Source: Gracilinanus agilis (Eukaryota). From it: a DNA stretch of 64,000 nt. The first letter of the stretch is position 1, and every line of letters begins with the position of its first letter. Of the stretch, positions 50,581 to 61,764 are shown piece after piece. Location of the stretch: positions 84,838,545 through 84,902,544 of the forward strand of contig NC_058130.1 in NCBI RefSeq assembly GCF_016433145.1, given 5' to 3'. The notes beneath the pieces were generated by a model. It saw only the letters and a program-made list of their open reading frames with translations, was not told the origin of the DNA and did not search any database. A program made the position numbers and the translations under genes.

Positions 50581-51449
50581 GACATAGATATATTACAAAT
50601 GAAATTGTATAACAGCCAAGGATTTTTAAGACTTTTTCTTTTGGAATGCTTTCTGTGAGTTTGTCATCCTCAATGCAGACAAAGATTCTTTTTTCTCTTA
50701 TCTTTTTACCTTGCTTTTGGGGCTCTCATAATTCTTCAGTCAAATTCAAGAAAACTCTGTTGTGTGCCTAGTAACATTAAAGCTCCATTGGGGGGGGAGG
50801 CGGGGTATATTTTCTAGCATGATGCTGTTCCACTCTTTTATTGGGATCTTAGAGTTATAGTAGCCTGAACTCTGTACTAAATTACCTAGAAAACAAATAT
50901 GTCTACACTATGCCTAGGAGGTATACCTGGTAGAGAGGAGCCAGACAAAGATAGAGCCAGAGAGAACCAAACTGAGAGGAACTGCCTTTTTTGGACAGAA
51001 AAAATCTGAAGAAGAAGAGGACTAGTCCGTCACTTTGGAGCTGTAAATGGAATCAAAAAGTAATTTGCTGGGAAGTGCAAGAGCACCAAAAACATTATGC
51101 TATTATTGCCATTTTATGCAATGTATTTTCCCCTTTCTCCACTGCTTCCATCTTGATCTCTTCAACATCATGGATATGTGAAATAAAGGGTACAACAATG
51201 AATACACAAGGAAAAATAATGAATAGAAGTCCAAAAGTGAGGGACTTTTAGCCAAGTCATTATTCACTACTCTGCTGAGTACTTAGTAGTCTGACTAGGA
51301 GTTAGAGACAGACAAGTCGAGCTCATTGCCATTAAGTAATTAATAATATTTTAAAACTTTCTTTTGTATTAGGGATTTAATAAACAGCAATTATAAACAT
51401 TTCAGTGTACAAAGGTGTAATAAGGAAAAATTAGATATTAAATAGAATC

Positions 51450-52062
51450 AATAATTCAGATTGATTCCATAATTAAAATAGACCCAAGTCAGGATCGGGT
51501 TTAAGGTAGTTTATTTACAATTAGGAAGGGTAGAAGGTAGGGAAATAAAGAGAGGGAGAGGCTAGTCCAGGCCTGCAGAGGCCTGGACTGAGAGAGAGGG
51601 TTAAAAGGCTAATTAAACTAGATTACACGCCACTAGTCCTTAGCAATCAGAGAGGCAAGAGGCCTACTTAAGGTAGAGAGTCTGGAAAACGCCAAGATCG
51701 GCCAAGGAAGTCAGCCTAACTTACCCACGTGACCATTCAGAGTGGAAGCAGCCTGAGGACTCAGCTCAGATCCATCAGCACCAAGTTCAAAGTGGGAACT
51801 GCCCCAACAGGAAGTAACCAACATACTTGAAGAGATAGTGTCTCTCCTCACTTCCTGTGGGTCCACCTCTAATTCAAGTGGACAAATGGCAGCCTCTACA
51901 CTGATTTGGCTTGCCCAAAGGGCAGTCCCTTGTTCTTGATTTGTTACTTATTGTCACATGTGGGTAACATTTCCCCTCCCCACTAAGGGAGGTGGGGATG
52001 ACCTTATCTCTAGTGACTAGAGTTTTGACTATGAATGGGCTAGAGCTAATTCCATTTACACA
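51450..52062 (-). mobile_element. LTR, antisense
   Basis: tttattt poly(A) complement near the left end; minus strand begins TGTGTAAATGG; left boundary approximate. Confidence 0.6.
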
Positions 52063-54519
52063 ATGGAAAGCAAAAAGAGGATTGTATAAAGAACTGTGAA
52101 CTGTTTTATATTTTGACTTTTTTTCTACTTCATACAGCTTGGGATTTTTTCTTATTTAATTCAAATTTAACATGGTAGTTTCAGTGCTGCCTTACTTGTT
52201 TTTGACATATTCTGAGCTTCCTTCTGTTTATTTTTCTAATGAACCACTGATTCTTTTCTTTATTTTCTTCCTTTTTAGTGTGTTTAACAGTGTCTGAAAA
52301 TATATTTCTCATTCTGCACCTCTTAGATCTTGCTAAAGGGTAGGAGCAGTGATTCATCATCAATTTTCTAGAATCATGATTGATCATTGCATTGATTGTA
52401 GTTTTTGTCTTTCATAGATGTTTTTCTTTACTATTTATGTGGTGTTTGTAAGGTTCTGCTCAGAGTAACTTAAAGAATTATTGGAAGAAAAAAGACTTAT
52501 ATACATGAAATCTATAGGGAACAATATTAGACAGTAAATTATGAAATGCTAAATTTTGGTGGTAGAGAGCAAAAGTCCTACAGGAATTCAAATAAGGAAG
52601 CATAAGCTCTAATAATGTGAGCTAAAGTGGTCAAGAAAAGTGTCATGGAGGAAATGGATCTCAAAGGGCTTTGAAAGAAACATAGGATCCTTATTAGTAA
52701 GGCAAGGAAAGAATATTTGAGATGGAAGGAAACCATATGAGCAAATGTATAAAGACTGGCATGAATGAATGATAGTCCAATTTATTAGGCCCATGTTAAG
52801 TGTGCTATCTAGACAGTGAGACTACAGAGACAAAACCCAGTCACTACACTAAAAATGCTTACATTCTTCTTGAGAAGAAATATAGCTAACTCAAGGGGAG
52901 AATTCATGTTAGGGAATAATGAAAGTTAAAGTTGGATGAGTTAGACCAGCCTTGAAGTCTCATGTTAATGATTTTCATGAGACATGATGATATTGGGAAT
53001 TAATTAGGTATTAGTAGGTTTTATAGTAAAAAGTGACATGGAAAAGCATACTTTAGAAAGATTTCTTTAGCATTTCCTAGAAGGAGGAGGAGAGACAAAG
53101 CCAAAGTTAATTATACTTGAAGCATGAAGTGATAAAAGAATGAGCAAGAGTAGCATTGAGAACAAAGAGAAAGAAACACCAAAATCATGAATATCATCTC
53201 AGACAGTTCAGAGAAACCTAGAAAGATTTACATTAACTGATCCAGAAGTGAGAAGAACCAGAACAATTTATGTAATTTCTTTATCAATGCAAAGTGAAAC
53301 GACAGTTCCAAAAGACCAGTGATGAAGAATGCTGTCTACCTTCTGACTGAGAGGTGGGACATACATTTTCCTTCAGGGTCAATGTGGGAATTGGCTTTTC
53401 TTGACTAGGCTTATTTGTTACAGAGGTTTTGTTTTTCCTCTCCATCCCAGCTTTAAGGAGGAAGTAGGAGAGAAAGATTGGGTAGCAATAAGATTCCTGT
53501 CAAAAGAAGAAAGAAAAAAGGATCATCCAAGCATTTTTTTTTTAATGATTAGAAGAAAAACTTAGAGGAAACACAAATAAGCAGAACAGCTTTGAAAGTT
53601 ATATGTTGAATTTATTATATACCTAAATGGGAAAGCAAGCTATATATAATGGAGAGCCACAATTTCATGTATAATCTTCTTTTTCTTTACTTGTTTGGAT
53701 GTGGTGATATTAATTTTGTTTGATATCTAAGTTTTATTTTCTTTTATTTTTTTAAAGAAGACTCTGACTAGTTGGATGCCAGGGATAAAGGAGGAGGAGG
53801 CAAACAAGGCCTACTCTTTAATCCTAGGAATTAGGAAAATGTAGGTACCAGAATTACAAAAGCAATTTTAATTTACTTTTTAAAGCACTGTATATCATAC
53901 AGGGGACCACATGTTCTCTGAAATGAAGGATCATCTTTAGAGTCAAAAAGACTTGGTTTCAAATCATCCTAAATCTTCCCTATATTGGCTGTGTAAACAT
54001 GGGCATGTAGCGTTAATCCAATATCCTAGGAAACCTTCCAAGACTAAGGTACACATAGGGTATTGATTTGTATCAGTACCAGGAATTCTCTCATGCTAAT
54101 GAAATCATAAGCCTGGGACCCTCCCCCCCCCCCAAAAAAAAGGCTCAAATAGCATATTTAAAGATGTTAAGATGGCCTCAGACACTTCCTGGGTGAATCA
54201 CTTAACCTCAGTTGCCTAGCTCTTGCCATGTTAGAATCGATACTAAAATAGAAGGTAAGGGTTTGTTAGAAGTAGGAGAAAAAGAAAAAGAAGTAGTTAT
54301 GAGCATTAGATTAAGTCCAATAGAGAATTCAAATAGGTTGAAGCACACATTGTTGGGATGGGATCCCCAGGAATACCTCATTTTAGAATCTGCTTCGCTA
54401 TATTACTCCACACTTCTCTTGTTCTCCTAGGAAACCAGTTTAATTTAGTCATTATCAATATGATTTTCAATTCAACACACTGAATTTAAGTAAATTCCTT
54501 GTTTTGGGGCTCGATGCAG

Positions 54520-54678
54520 GCTTTGCCATTCCCAAGCCAGACTTGATCATCTTGATTGAACAGGGGAAAGAGCCATTCATCAGAAATCTGGGAAACTTGG
54601 AGAGAACAGACCTGGTAGTCAGCACCAATGCTAATGATCTTCTCAACTTGGAGAGCACAAAGGGGCAGCTGTTTTGGG
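54520..54678 (+). CDS. ZNF786: Gene C exon 3, extended KRAB-B (GFAIPKPDLIILIEQGKEPFIRNLG...KGQLFW)
   Basis: 159 bp, phase 1-1, atgcag acceptor, G/GTAAGT donor. Confidence 0.88.
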
Positions 54679-55072
54679 GTAAGTGAGAAAGAATGAGGGC
54701 AGTAAAACTAAAGAGAGCATGTTGAGAGACTTAAAAGCCTGAGGTGGGATTTGGTGACAGAGACACTAAGTAGATTTCAAAAGTGCCCATAGAGACCACC
54801 AAACAACTTCAGTTCAGTGTCAAACTGGGGACTTAATTCTCCAAGGGATGAGCTCTCTTCCCAGATTGGTGCCTCATCTTTTACTTCATTGTAACAGCTT
54901 TTAATGTAATGTTCCATAGCTTTCAGAACACTTTGCCTATGTTATGTTAGTGATTATTATTACAATTGTTTGTTTCTCATAAAAATCCTCAGTGTTAGAG
55001 CAGTATGGTCATCTTACAGCTGAGGAGGTGAAAACCTAACATCATATTTTCTGCAAGATTACACCTGATAGT

Positions 55073-55279
55073 GGGCAGCTGGGTGACTTCAGTGGATTGA
55101 GCGTCAGGCCTAGAGATGGGAAGTCCTGAGTTCAAATGTGGCCTCAGACCCTTCCTAGCTGTATTACCCTAAAGAAGTAACTTAACCCCCAGTACCTAGC
55201 CCTTACTACTCTTCTGCCTTGGAACCAATACAAAGTATTAATTCTGAGACAGAAGTTAAGAGTTTAAAAAAAAAAAAAG
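55073..55279 (+). mobile_element. Marsupial SINE
   Basis: gggcagctgggtgacttcagtggattgag head and A-tail. Confidence 0.85.
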
Positions 55280-55357
55280 ATTAAGCAAGACAAAAACCCC
55301 TGGTTCTGGTCAGAAATTGGAGAAAACAGCAAATCTGAATGGGTCTTCACCCTTGGG

Positions 55358-55559
55358 CTCTGGTGGCGAACCTATGGCAGAGGGGGCACTCACAGTCCTC
55401 TTTGTGGTCATGCATGCTTCACCCCAGCACAGAATTCACCAGAGTTTCATTACTAAAAAGCCAAAGGGACACAGGGCCAGGCTGCTCCCCTCTTCTTTTC
55501 CACAGGCACCTGAGACATTTCTCAAATCACCCACCCCTCTAAAAGGTTCATCATCACTG
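55358..55559. mobile_element. hAT MITE, OposCharlie1(OC1)-like
   Basis: Left end ...tggcgaacctatggca and right end aggttcatcatcactg match the recalled TIR CAGTGATGGCGAACCT; followed by ctctagtg (Charlie-type NTCTAGNN target). Left TIR/TSD partly deleted. Confidence 0.65.
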
Positions 55560-56670
55560 CTCTAGTGTATGATTAAATTGAGAGAGTTCAGAATCTGATA
55601 AAGTAGGGAAGATGTGGCTATTTATTCTCTATTTTCATACATCTTTTTCTACTCATGGTTTTTACCTTGGTAACAGCATTTTCTGTGTTCAAGTGCCCAT
55701 CTACTTATTTGTAAAAGTGCTTTAGAAAGTCCAGTTATGTTATTCCTTGGGGATTCCTTGAGTTTATTTCTTAGGCTAGCATTTTTCCTTAAAGGATAAC
55801 AGCCCTCAAAATCTTGTTTCTGTCAGTAATCCATTTTGGGGCTGTTTGGAAATAAGTAGATGAACATGATCTTCAAACACCCTTGTGGAGAACTTAGACT
55901 AGAGAAAATGTACCAGGTACTCAATACTTCAGTTCTCTAAGCATTTTTTAAATGCCTTCTTTGTGCCTGCATTAGACAATGAATACACAGTTTTCTCAAC
56001 CAGAATAATTTCTGCTCTTCCTTGAGTCCTTTGAGAGAATCTATATTCATAGAGTCAAGGCTTATTAACAACTACATGTACTCCTTTATGATCTCATTGT
56101 TTTCTATCCTTTATCTAGGTGTGGCTACATATTTGAACTTAGTCTCGCTAGTCTGGTTGTTTTTCGTTTAGTGAAGATTAAAATCCCACTTTGAGTGATA
56201 CCTCATTGTAATAAATTGCTGACCTTACAATATATTGAAATAATCTCAAAGGCTAGGTCAGCTGAGCACATGTTCTAGAAGATTCTACAAACCTAGAAAG
56301 GCTTTGAGTAATATACTGATCTGGTGACAGATTATTGACTTGAAAGCCATGTAGCTAACTTCTGAGAGACGTCTCTCCAGAAGGTTCATTATCAGGGGAT
56401 AAATGTTGAATGACCTCAACAACTAATGAAAGTGTTCATCAGGGAATAAAAGGATTGTTTTGTGTTAAGAGAGAGAGAAACTCATGCCAATAAAATCAAA
56501 GATCTTTTGGAGAAATTAAGAAAGACATCTTGAGACAGAGTAATAACTACCCTGAAAGTGAGGCTTAGAGAGAAAAGATTTTTTTTAGTTAACCCAGGTG
56601 AAAGGCTGAAATGAAAGCCTTATAAAGCACTTAGACTATTTAATGACTGGATTTTTGTTTTTAATTCCAG

Positions 56671-58301
56671 AGGATGAGGGGTCTATGAATTCACAAGAGG
56701 AAAAGCACTATTTTTATGATTCTCAAAACCAGGACTTACCTGAATCATTATCAGGAAAAAGAAGAGAAGCTTTCTTTACACTTGGTCAACAAGGCTCTTA
56801 TTTAAGGAGCCCATATAACCAAGATTCACAGTCTTTGGCTCCAAAAGCCCACAACATCAAGAAATCCAACTCATATAAGAGAGACTTGAACCACAAAACT
56901 GAGGGATCCCTTTCCTTCCAGAAAAATTTCAAGAGCCACAAGAAAGCACAAGAGGACCTGTCCAAAAGAAAGGGAGCATTTGTATTGGACCTTACCCAGA
57001 AGACAAAGCTCCCGGAACACAACAGATTGCATAAGAATAAGAAGCCCTTCTCCTGCCTCAAATGCAGCAAGAGCTTCGCCAGGAAGGACGTACTTAAGGT
57101 CCACCAGCGCCTACACAACAGTGAGAGGCCCTTCCAGTGCCCCCAGTGTGACACCAGTTTCCGCCTAAAGAGGCAACTACTCAGCCACCAGCGCCTACAT
57201 ATAGGCGATAGGCCCTTCCAGTGCCCCCAGTGTGACAGCAGTTTCCATCTAAAGGATGTTCTAAAAGCCCATCAGTGCACACATAGTGGAGAATGGCCTT
57301 TCTCTTGCAGTGAATGTGGCAAAGGCTTCATCAGACAGCTCCACCTCACAGAGCACCTCCGAATGCATACGGGAGAGAAGCCTTTCCGGTGCCCCCAGTG
57401 TGACAAGAGCTTCCGCCTAAAGGGCACCCTCAAGGTCCACCAGTATGTGCACAGCAGAGATCGGCCATTCTCTTGTGAAAAAGGTGGCAAAGGCTTCACC
57501 ACACAGTTCCACCTCACAGAGCACCTCCGAATGCATACGGGAGAGAAGCCTTTCCGGTGCCCCCAGTGTGACAAGAGCTTCCGCCTAAAGGGCACCCTCA
57601 AGGTCCACCAGTATGTGCACAGCAGAGATCGGCCATTCTCTTGTGAAAAAGGTGGCAAAGGCTTCACCACACAGTTCCACCTCACAGAGCACCTCCGAAT
57701 GCATACGGGAGAGAAGCCTTTCCGGTGCCCCCAGTGTGACAAGAGCTTCCGCCTAAAGGGCACCCTCAAGGTCCACCAGTATGTGCACAGCAGAGATCGG
57801 CCATTCTCTTGTGAGAAATGTGGCAAAGGCTTCACCACACAGTTCCACCTTACAGAGCACCTCCGAATGCATACAGGAGAGAAGCCTTTCCGGTGCCCAC
57901 AGTGTGACAAGAGCTTCCGCCTAAAGGGCACCCTCAGGGTCCACCAGTGTGTGCACAGAGATCGGCCATTCTCTTGTGAGGAATGTGGCAAAGGCTTCAC
58001 TCACCAACATAAATTAACTGAGCACTTCAGAGTACACAGTGGTGAGAAACCCTTTCAGTGCCCTGAATGTGACACCAGCTTTCGCTTGAAGAGTGGCTTG
58101 AATAACCATCAGCGCTTACACCACAAAGAGAGGCCATTCTCCTGCAGTGATTGTGGCAAAGGCTTCATTCATAAGTCTAGGCTCACTACCCACATCAGAG
58201 TGCACAAAAGGGAGAAGCCCCATGGTGACCTGAATAACTCTGATAAAAAAACAAAACCATGCCAGCTCTTTAGACTAACAGAGGAAGACTGGAGTTCCTA
58301 G
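56671..58301 (+). CDS. ZNF786: Gene C terminal exon: spacer, 14 C2H2 fingers (2 with Cys>Gly), QLFRLTEEDWSS tail
   Basis: Acceptor tttgtttttaattccag, phase 1, open to 58301; the last finger and tail resemble human ZNF786 as recalled (GKGFIYKSKLAEHIRVH...SQLFAMIEADWS). Confidence 0.93.
57341..57960 (+). repeat. 168-bp coding minisatellite (two-finger unit, ~3.7 copies)
   Basis: Units start at 57341, 57509, 57677 and 57845 and are nearly identical. Confidence 0.95.
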
Positions 58302-58381
58302 ATCCTGGAACTTGAGGACCGTAGAAATAATTTACCAATACTTTCCACTTATTTTACAAATGAGAAAGCTTGGTGTCTTCT

Positions 58382-58557
58382 TACCTGGTTGATCCTGGCA
58401 GTAGCATATGCTTGTCTCAGAGATTAAGCCATGCATGTCTAAGTACACATGGCCAGTTCAGTGAAACTGCAAATGGCTCATTAAATCGGTTATGGTTCCT
58501 TTGGTAGCTCACTCGCTCCTACTTGGATAATTGTGGTAATTCTAGAGCTAATACATG
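58382..58557 (+). pseudogene. 18S rRNA pseudogene fragment, nt 1 to ~176
   Basis: TACCTGGTTGATCCTG...GAGCTAATACATG starts at the mature 18S 5' end; about a dozen changes versus mammalian 18S, many CpG transitions. Confidence 0.95.
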
Positions 58558-59836
58558 GGTCTCTAATCCAAATTAAAGAATCTGAAACACAGAAAAGGCA
58601 GTTTAATAGGAAAAAACCTTAGTAGCAGTCAGACGGTAGCCATCTTGAATTAGCTCCACCCTTAATTACAGTTCCTCTATAGGAACAAAAGACAGAACAA
58701 GAACTATACTTATAGACAGAGACACGTTGGGAAAGACATTTACAAGCATGGAATGGGTAAAAGAACAAATGCTATTTAATTTGATCAGCAGTTCACTGTT
58801 GGTATACTCTTTCTGGTCTGTGATATGTAGGTTGTGGGTGGAAACGATTCCATTTTACTTATTGCAGGTGGTGCACTTTATAGACACATGGATGAAAATA
58901 GAGCTAGAGAGAGTGTTTGTGTATACCCCAACAGTGATGGCAGCTTTAGCATTCTTCCTGCAATTTTACTGGACAATGCAAAAACCAAAAGAGCTTAAAA
59001 GAATGGAAAATGGCCTAACAACTTATCTTCTCGGGACATAGAAAATCTGTTGGAGGAATTATTTACACTATCACAAGCACAACAGTTCATAAAAGAGACC
59101 AGAGACTACAATAGACTTACATCACAGCCAGAGGTTTACAATGATACTGAATTATCTAATCTTGATAACACTGCATACTTAGAAAGATGTGGGGAGGATA
59201 TTACTGAAGCGATGTCCAAGTTTGCAAAAAGGCCACATATCTGGGGTCAATTTGAGGCATTAAAGCAAAACATAGGAGAACATCCTAGTACCTTTCCAGA
59301 TAGGGTACTCAAAACTGGAGAATTAATTTTGGTGTTCAGGGACCTAGCCGAGACCAATCTGTAGCACATCCACAGACACATTGTAAAAGTCAGCAGTTTA
59401 CCCATAAAATCATATTTCCAAATGCATTGTCCTGGGTGGGAAGAGCTATCCTTAGAATTGAATTGAGAAAAACCACTACATATGTTTGTTCTGGGTCACT
59501 GGGGATAATAGACAAAGATAAACTGAAAAGACCAAGGATGAAACAATTATTGAACTCAAAAAACAATTAAAGGAAACAAAGCCAACAATCAAAGAGAAAT
59601 AAATAGAAGAAATTAAAAACTTGGCAACATTGCAAGCTAGGAATAACATCACTAGGACCCAGTATCAGCCAAGACAAAGTACTGATACAAGAAAATGTTT
59701 TTTATGTGGGAAACCAGGCCATCTTATAAGAAATTGTTATTATAAGCAACAAATCAATTTTAATAACACCAATAATAACAATAATAGGAGAAGAAACTAC
59801 ACAAATACATACGCCAACTCCAAGTACAGCCATGCA
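58558..59836 (+). pseudogene. ERV gag fragment (CA to NC), related to the gag at 1247-3060
   Basis: LEELFTLSQAQQF..., SYFQMHCPGWEEL, canonical knuckle CFLCGKPGHLIRNC followed by an N-rich tract; lacks its own 5' and 3' ends. Confidence 0.85.
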
Positions 59837-60301
59837 GACTCTAGAAAGAGCTATCAAGCTGTCAATCCTTTCCACTTCTGGGCTGGGTGAGGTTTCCCAT
59901 GTTGAGTCAAATTAAGCCACAGGCTCCACTCCTGGTGGTGGCCTTCCATCAATTCCTTTTAAGTTTCAGCCTTGCAATCATACTTCCCCCAGAACCCAAA
60001 GACTTTGGTTTCCTGGAAGCTGCCCAGGAGGTCATGGGAATAACACCTCCAGATTGCTAGTTGGCATCATTTATGGTCGGAACTACAATGGTATCTGGAT
60101 CATCTTCGAACCTCTGACTTTCATTCTTGAATAATGAAAACATTCTTGACAAATGCTTTCACTCTGGTCCATCTTGCGCCTGTCCAAGAATTTCACCTCT
60201 AGCAGCACAATACGAATGCACCCTAGCCATCCCTCTTAATCATGGCCTCAGTTCCAAAAGCCAACAAAATAGAACCAGGGTCCTATTCCATTACTCCTAG
60301 C
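59837..60301 (-). pseudogene. 18S rRNA pseudogene fragment, internal (approx. nt 860-1320), antisense
   Basis: Minus strand reads GCTAGGAGTAATGGAATAGGAC...GAGGTGAAATTCTTGGAC...GGCTTAATTTGACTCAACA..GGAAACCTCACC...GATAGCTCTTTCT, matching conserved 18S sequence with CpG decay. Confidence 0.93.
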
Positions 60302-60577
60302 AGGCTTACCACTCTTTAAGGGATGTGTTCTGGAAACCCCCTTGACTGAAAAGATATGGGCCCACGCTACTCTCACCATCCCTCCTTACTTGGGAGTCCC
60401 TTGGGGGTGTAGCACGTGAGGAGGTTCCCCAAAATGGATGTGCCAGGGTTAAGCCGGGTTTTTGAGCACAAGCCTCCCCCTATCCCAAACTGACTGTCCA
60501 CCAATATGGAGTTTGTGATCCTTCCACATGCCACCCACAAGATGCTGCCTCCCTCCTTGAAAACACTCTTCCAACTC

Positions 60578-61266
60578 TGTCTTAAAATAACTCAACAGGG
60601 GTTTATTCAGGAACAAGGCATTCAGGTATAAAGAAAAGGATTTCAGGAAAGAGGGTGAGGATGAAACTTAATAATCTATTCTCAGTCTCTCCCAGGGTTA
60701 AACAGTAATTAGATTTCTTCTGTAACTTTCAATCTTAGTTAACTGTTTCAGGACCCCAGTAAAACTCCTCTCCTAAAAGGTTACAAATGGCTAAAGAGGG
60801 AAAGGGAATCTCTAAACTCAACCCAGGCTTAGTTAGCCCCCAAGGGCCAGCTCCCTCCCACCAGAGTCTCTGGCTCCTTGGCAAACAGGAGAAGCTGCAA
60901 TATTTGTTTTCCAAAATTTTGACTGAAGATGTAGAATCAATTACGCTGGCTATAGTAACAGAAGGTCTGGCAAAATCTCAGATTTAGGCTTTTTGAGATG
61001 TTCAGGGTCCCAAGGAAACACTGCCTCCCACCTCCTTGTCCTTCCCAAAAGGTCCAGAGAACAGTGAGTGACCGTTGTCTTTTTTTAATTCCCAGCATTC
61101 TCAGCCTCAGCCCAACTGCCACCTCTCCTGGGTCCTCAGAATCCCATCCAAATGCAGTCTTGCTTGGTCCTTTTAGCTTAGCAGTCTGTTGCACAGGAGA
61201 ACTAAGTATCTACCCTAAAGTTGCATAGCTAAGTAAGTAGCAAATGCAAAACTGGAACCTAAAACT
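60578..61266 (-). mobile_element. LTR (antisense) with leader-like sequence at 60302-60577
   Basis: Plus strand starts TGTC, with tttatt (minus-strand AATAAA) at ~60602; interrupted at 61267 by another LTR. Confidence 0.55.
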
Positions 61267-61764
61267 TGTGATAATTTAATCTGTAACTCTCTTTTTAAAA
61301 GGAAAGTTTCATTTTGAATTTGAAAATCCATTTCAGTCTCACTCCCACCCTTTGAATTAAGAACAAGCCCTGAAGCTTAGCTGTATAAGGAGGATACATG
61401 CTCAGTGTAAGAAGCTAGAAGCTTCTTGGCTTTCTGGGATCCCAGAAGACACTTGCCTCTTGTCCCACGTAACTCCTTGTCTGAAAGACCAAACACTGAC
61501 CTGGACTGAGGTCAAGTTTGTCTGATCAAGGAGAACCAGAAAAGGGGGAAAGGGATAATAAGTTATGGCTTAAGGAAGCTCTCCAAAGTGTTCTGGCCTA
61601 GAAGTAGGACTGAATAGAGACTCAATGGAGCAGCTGAACTAGGGAAGAAAGTGTGTGACTTGGCCATGTGGCTATGTACATGCCTTTGCTTTCTCCAACT
61701 CACTTTTTCCTATTTAATAAATAACTATCAATTAGTATACATTTGCCAGAGAATTTTAATCATA
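61267..61764 (+). mobile_element. 5' LTR of an ERV1-like element
   Basis: TGTGA start, AATAAA near 61716, followed by a PBS-like tggtaaacatgaag at 61772. Confidence 0.65.

Noticed and set aside
57341-57960. Regular repeat array as CRISPR-like
   Set aside because: No unique spacers; in-frame zinc-finger coding repeats in a eukaryotic gene.
23100-58000. Antisense and off-frame ORFs over ZF exons (e.g. 23138-23632, 44115-44558, 57272-58000)
   Set aside because: Shadow ORFs typical of C2H2 repeat codon structure.
58350-59860. Simple U6-L1-style chimeric retrocopy (18S head + gag body)
   Set aside because: No poly(A) tail or flanking TSD found, and the second antisense 18S fragment is unexplained by it.
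58382-60301. Functional rRNA gene
   Set aside because: Fragmentary, opposite orientations, CpG-decayed, no ETS/ITS context.
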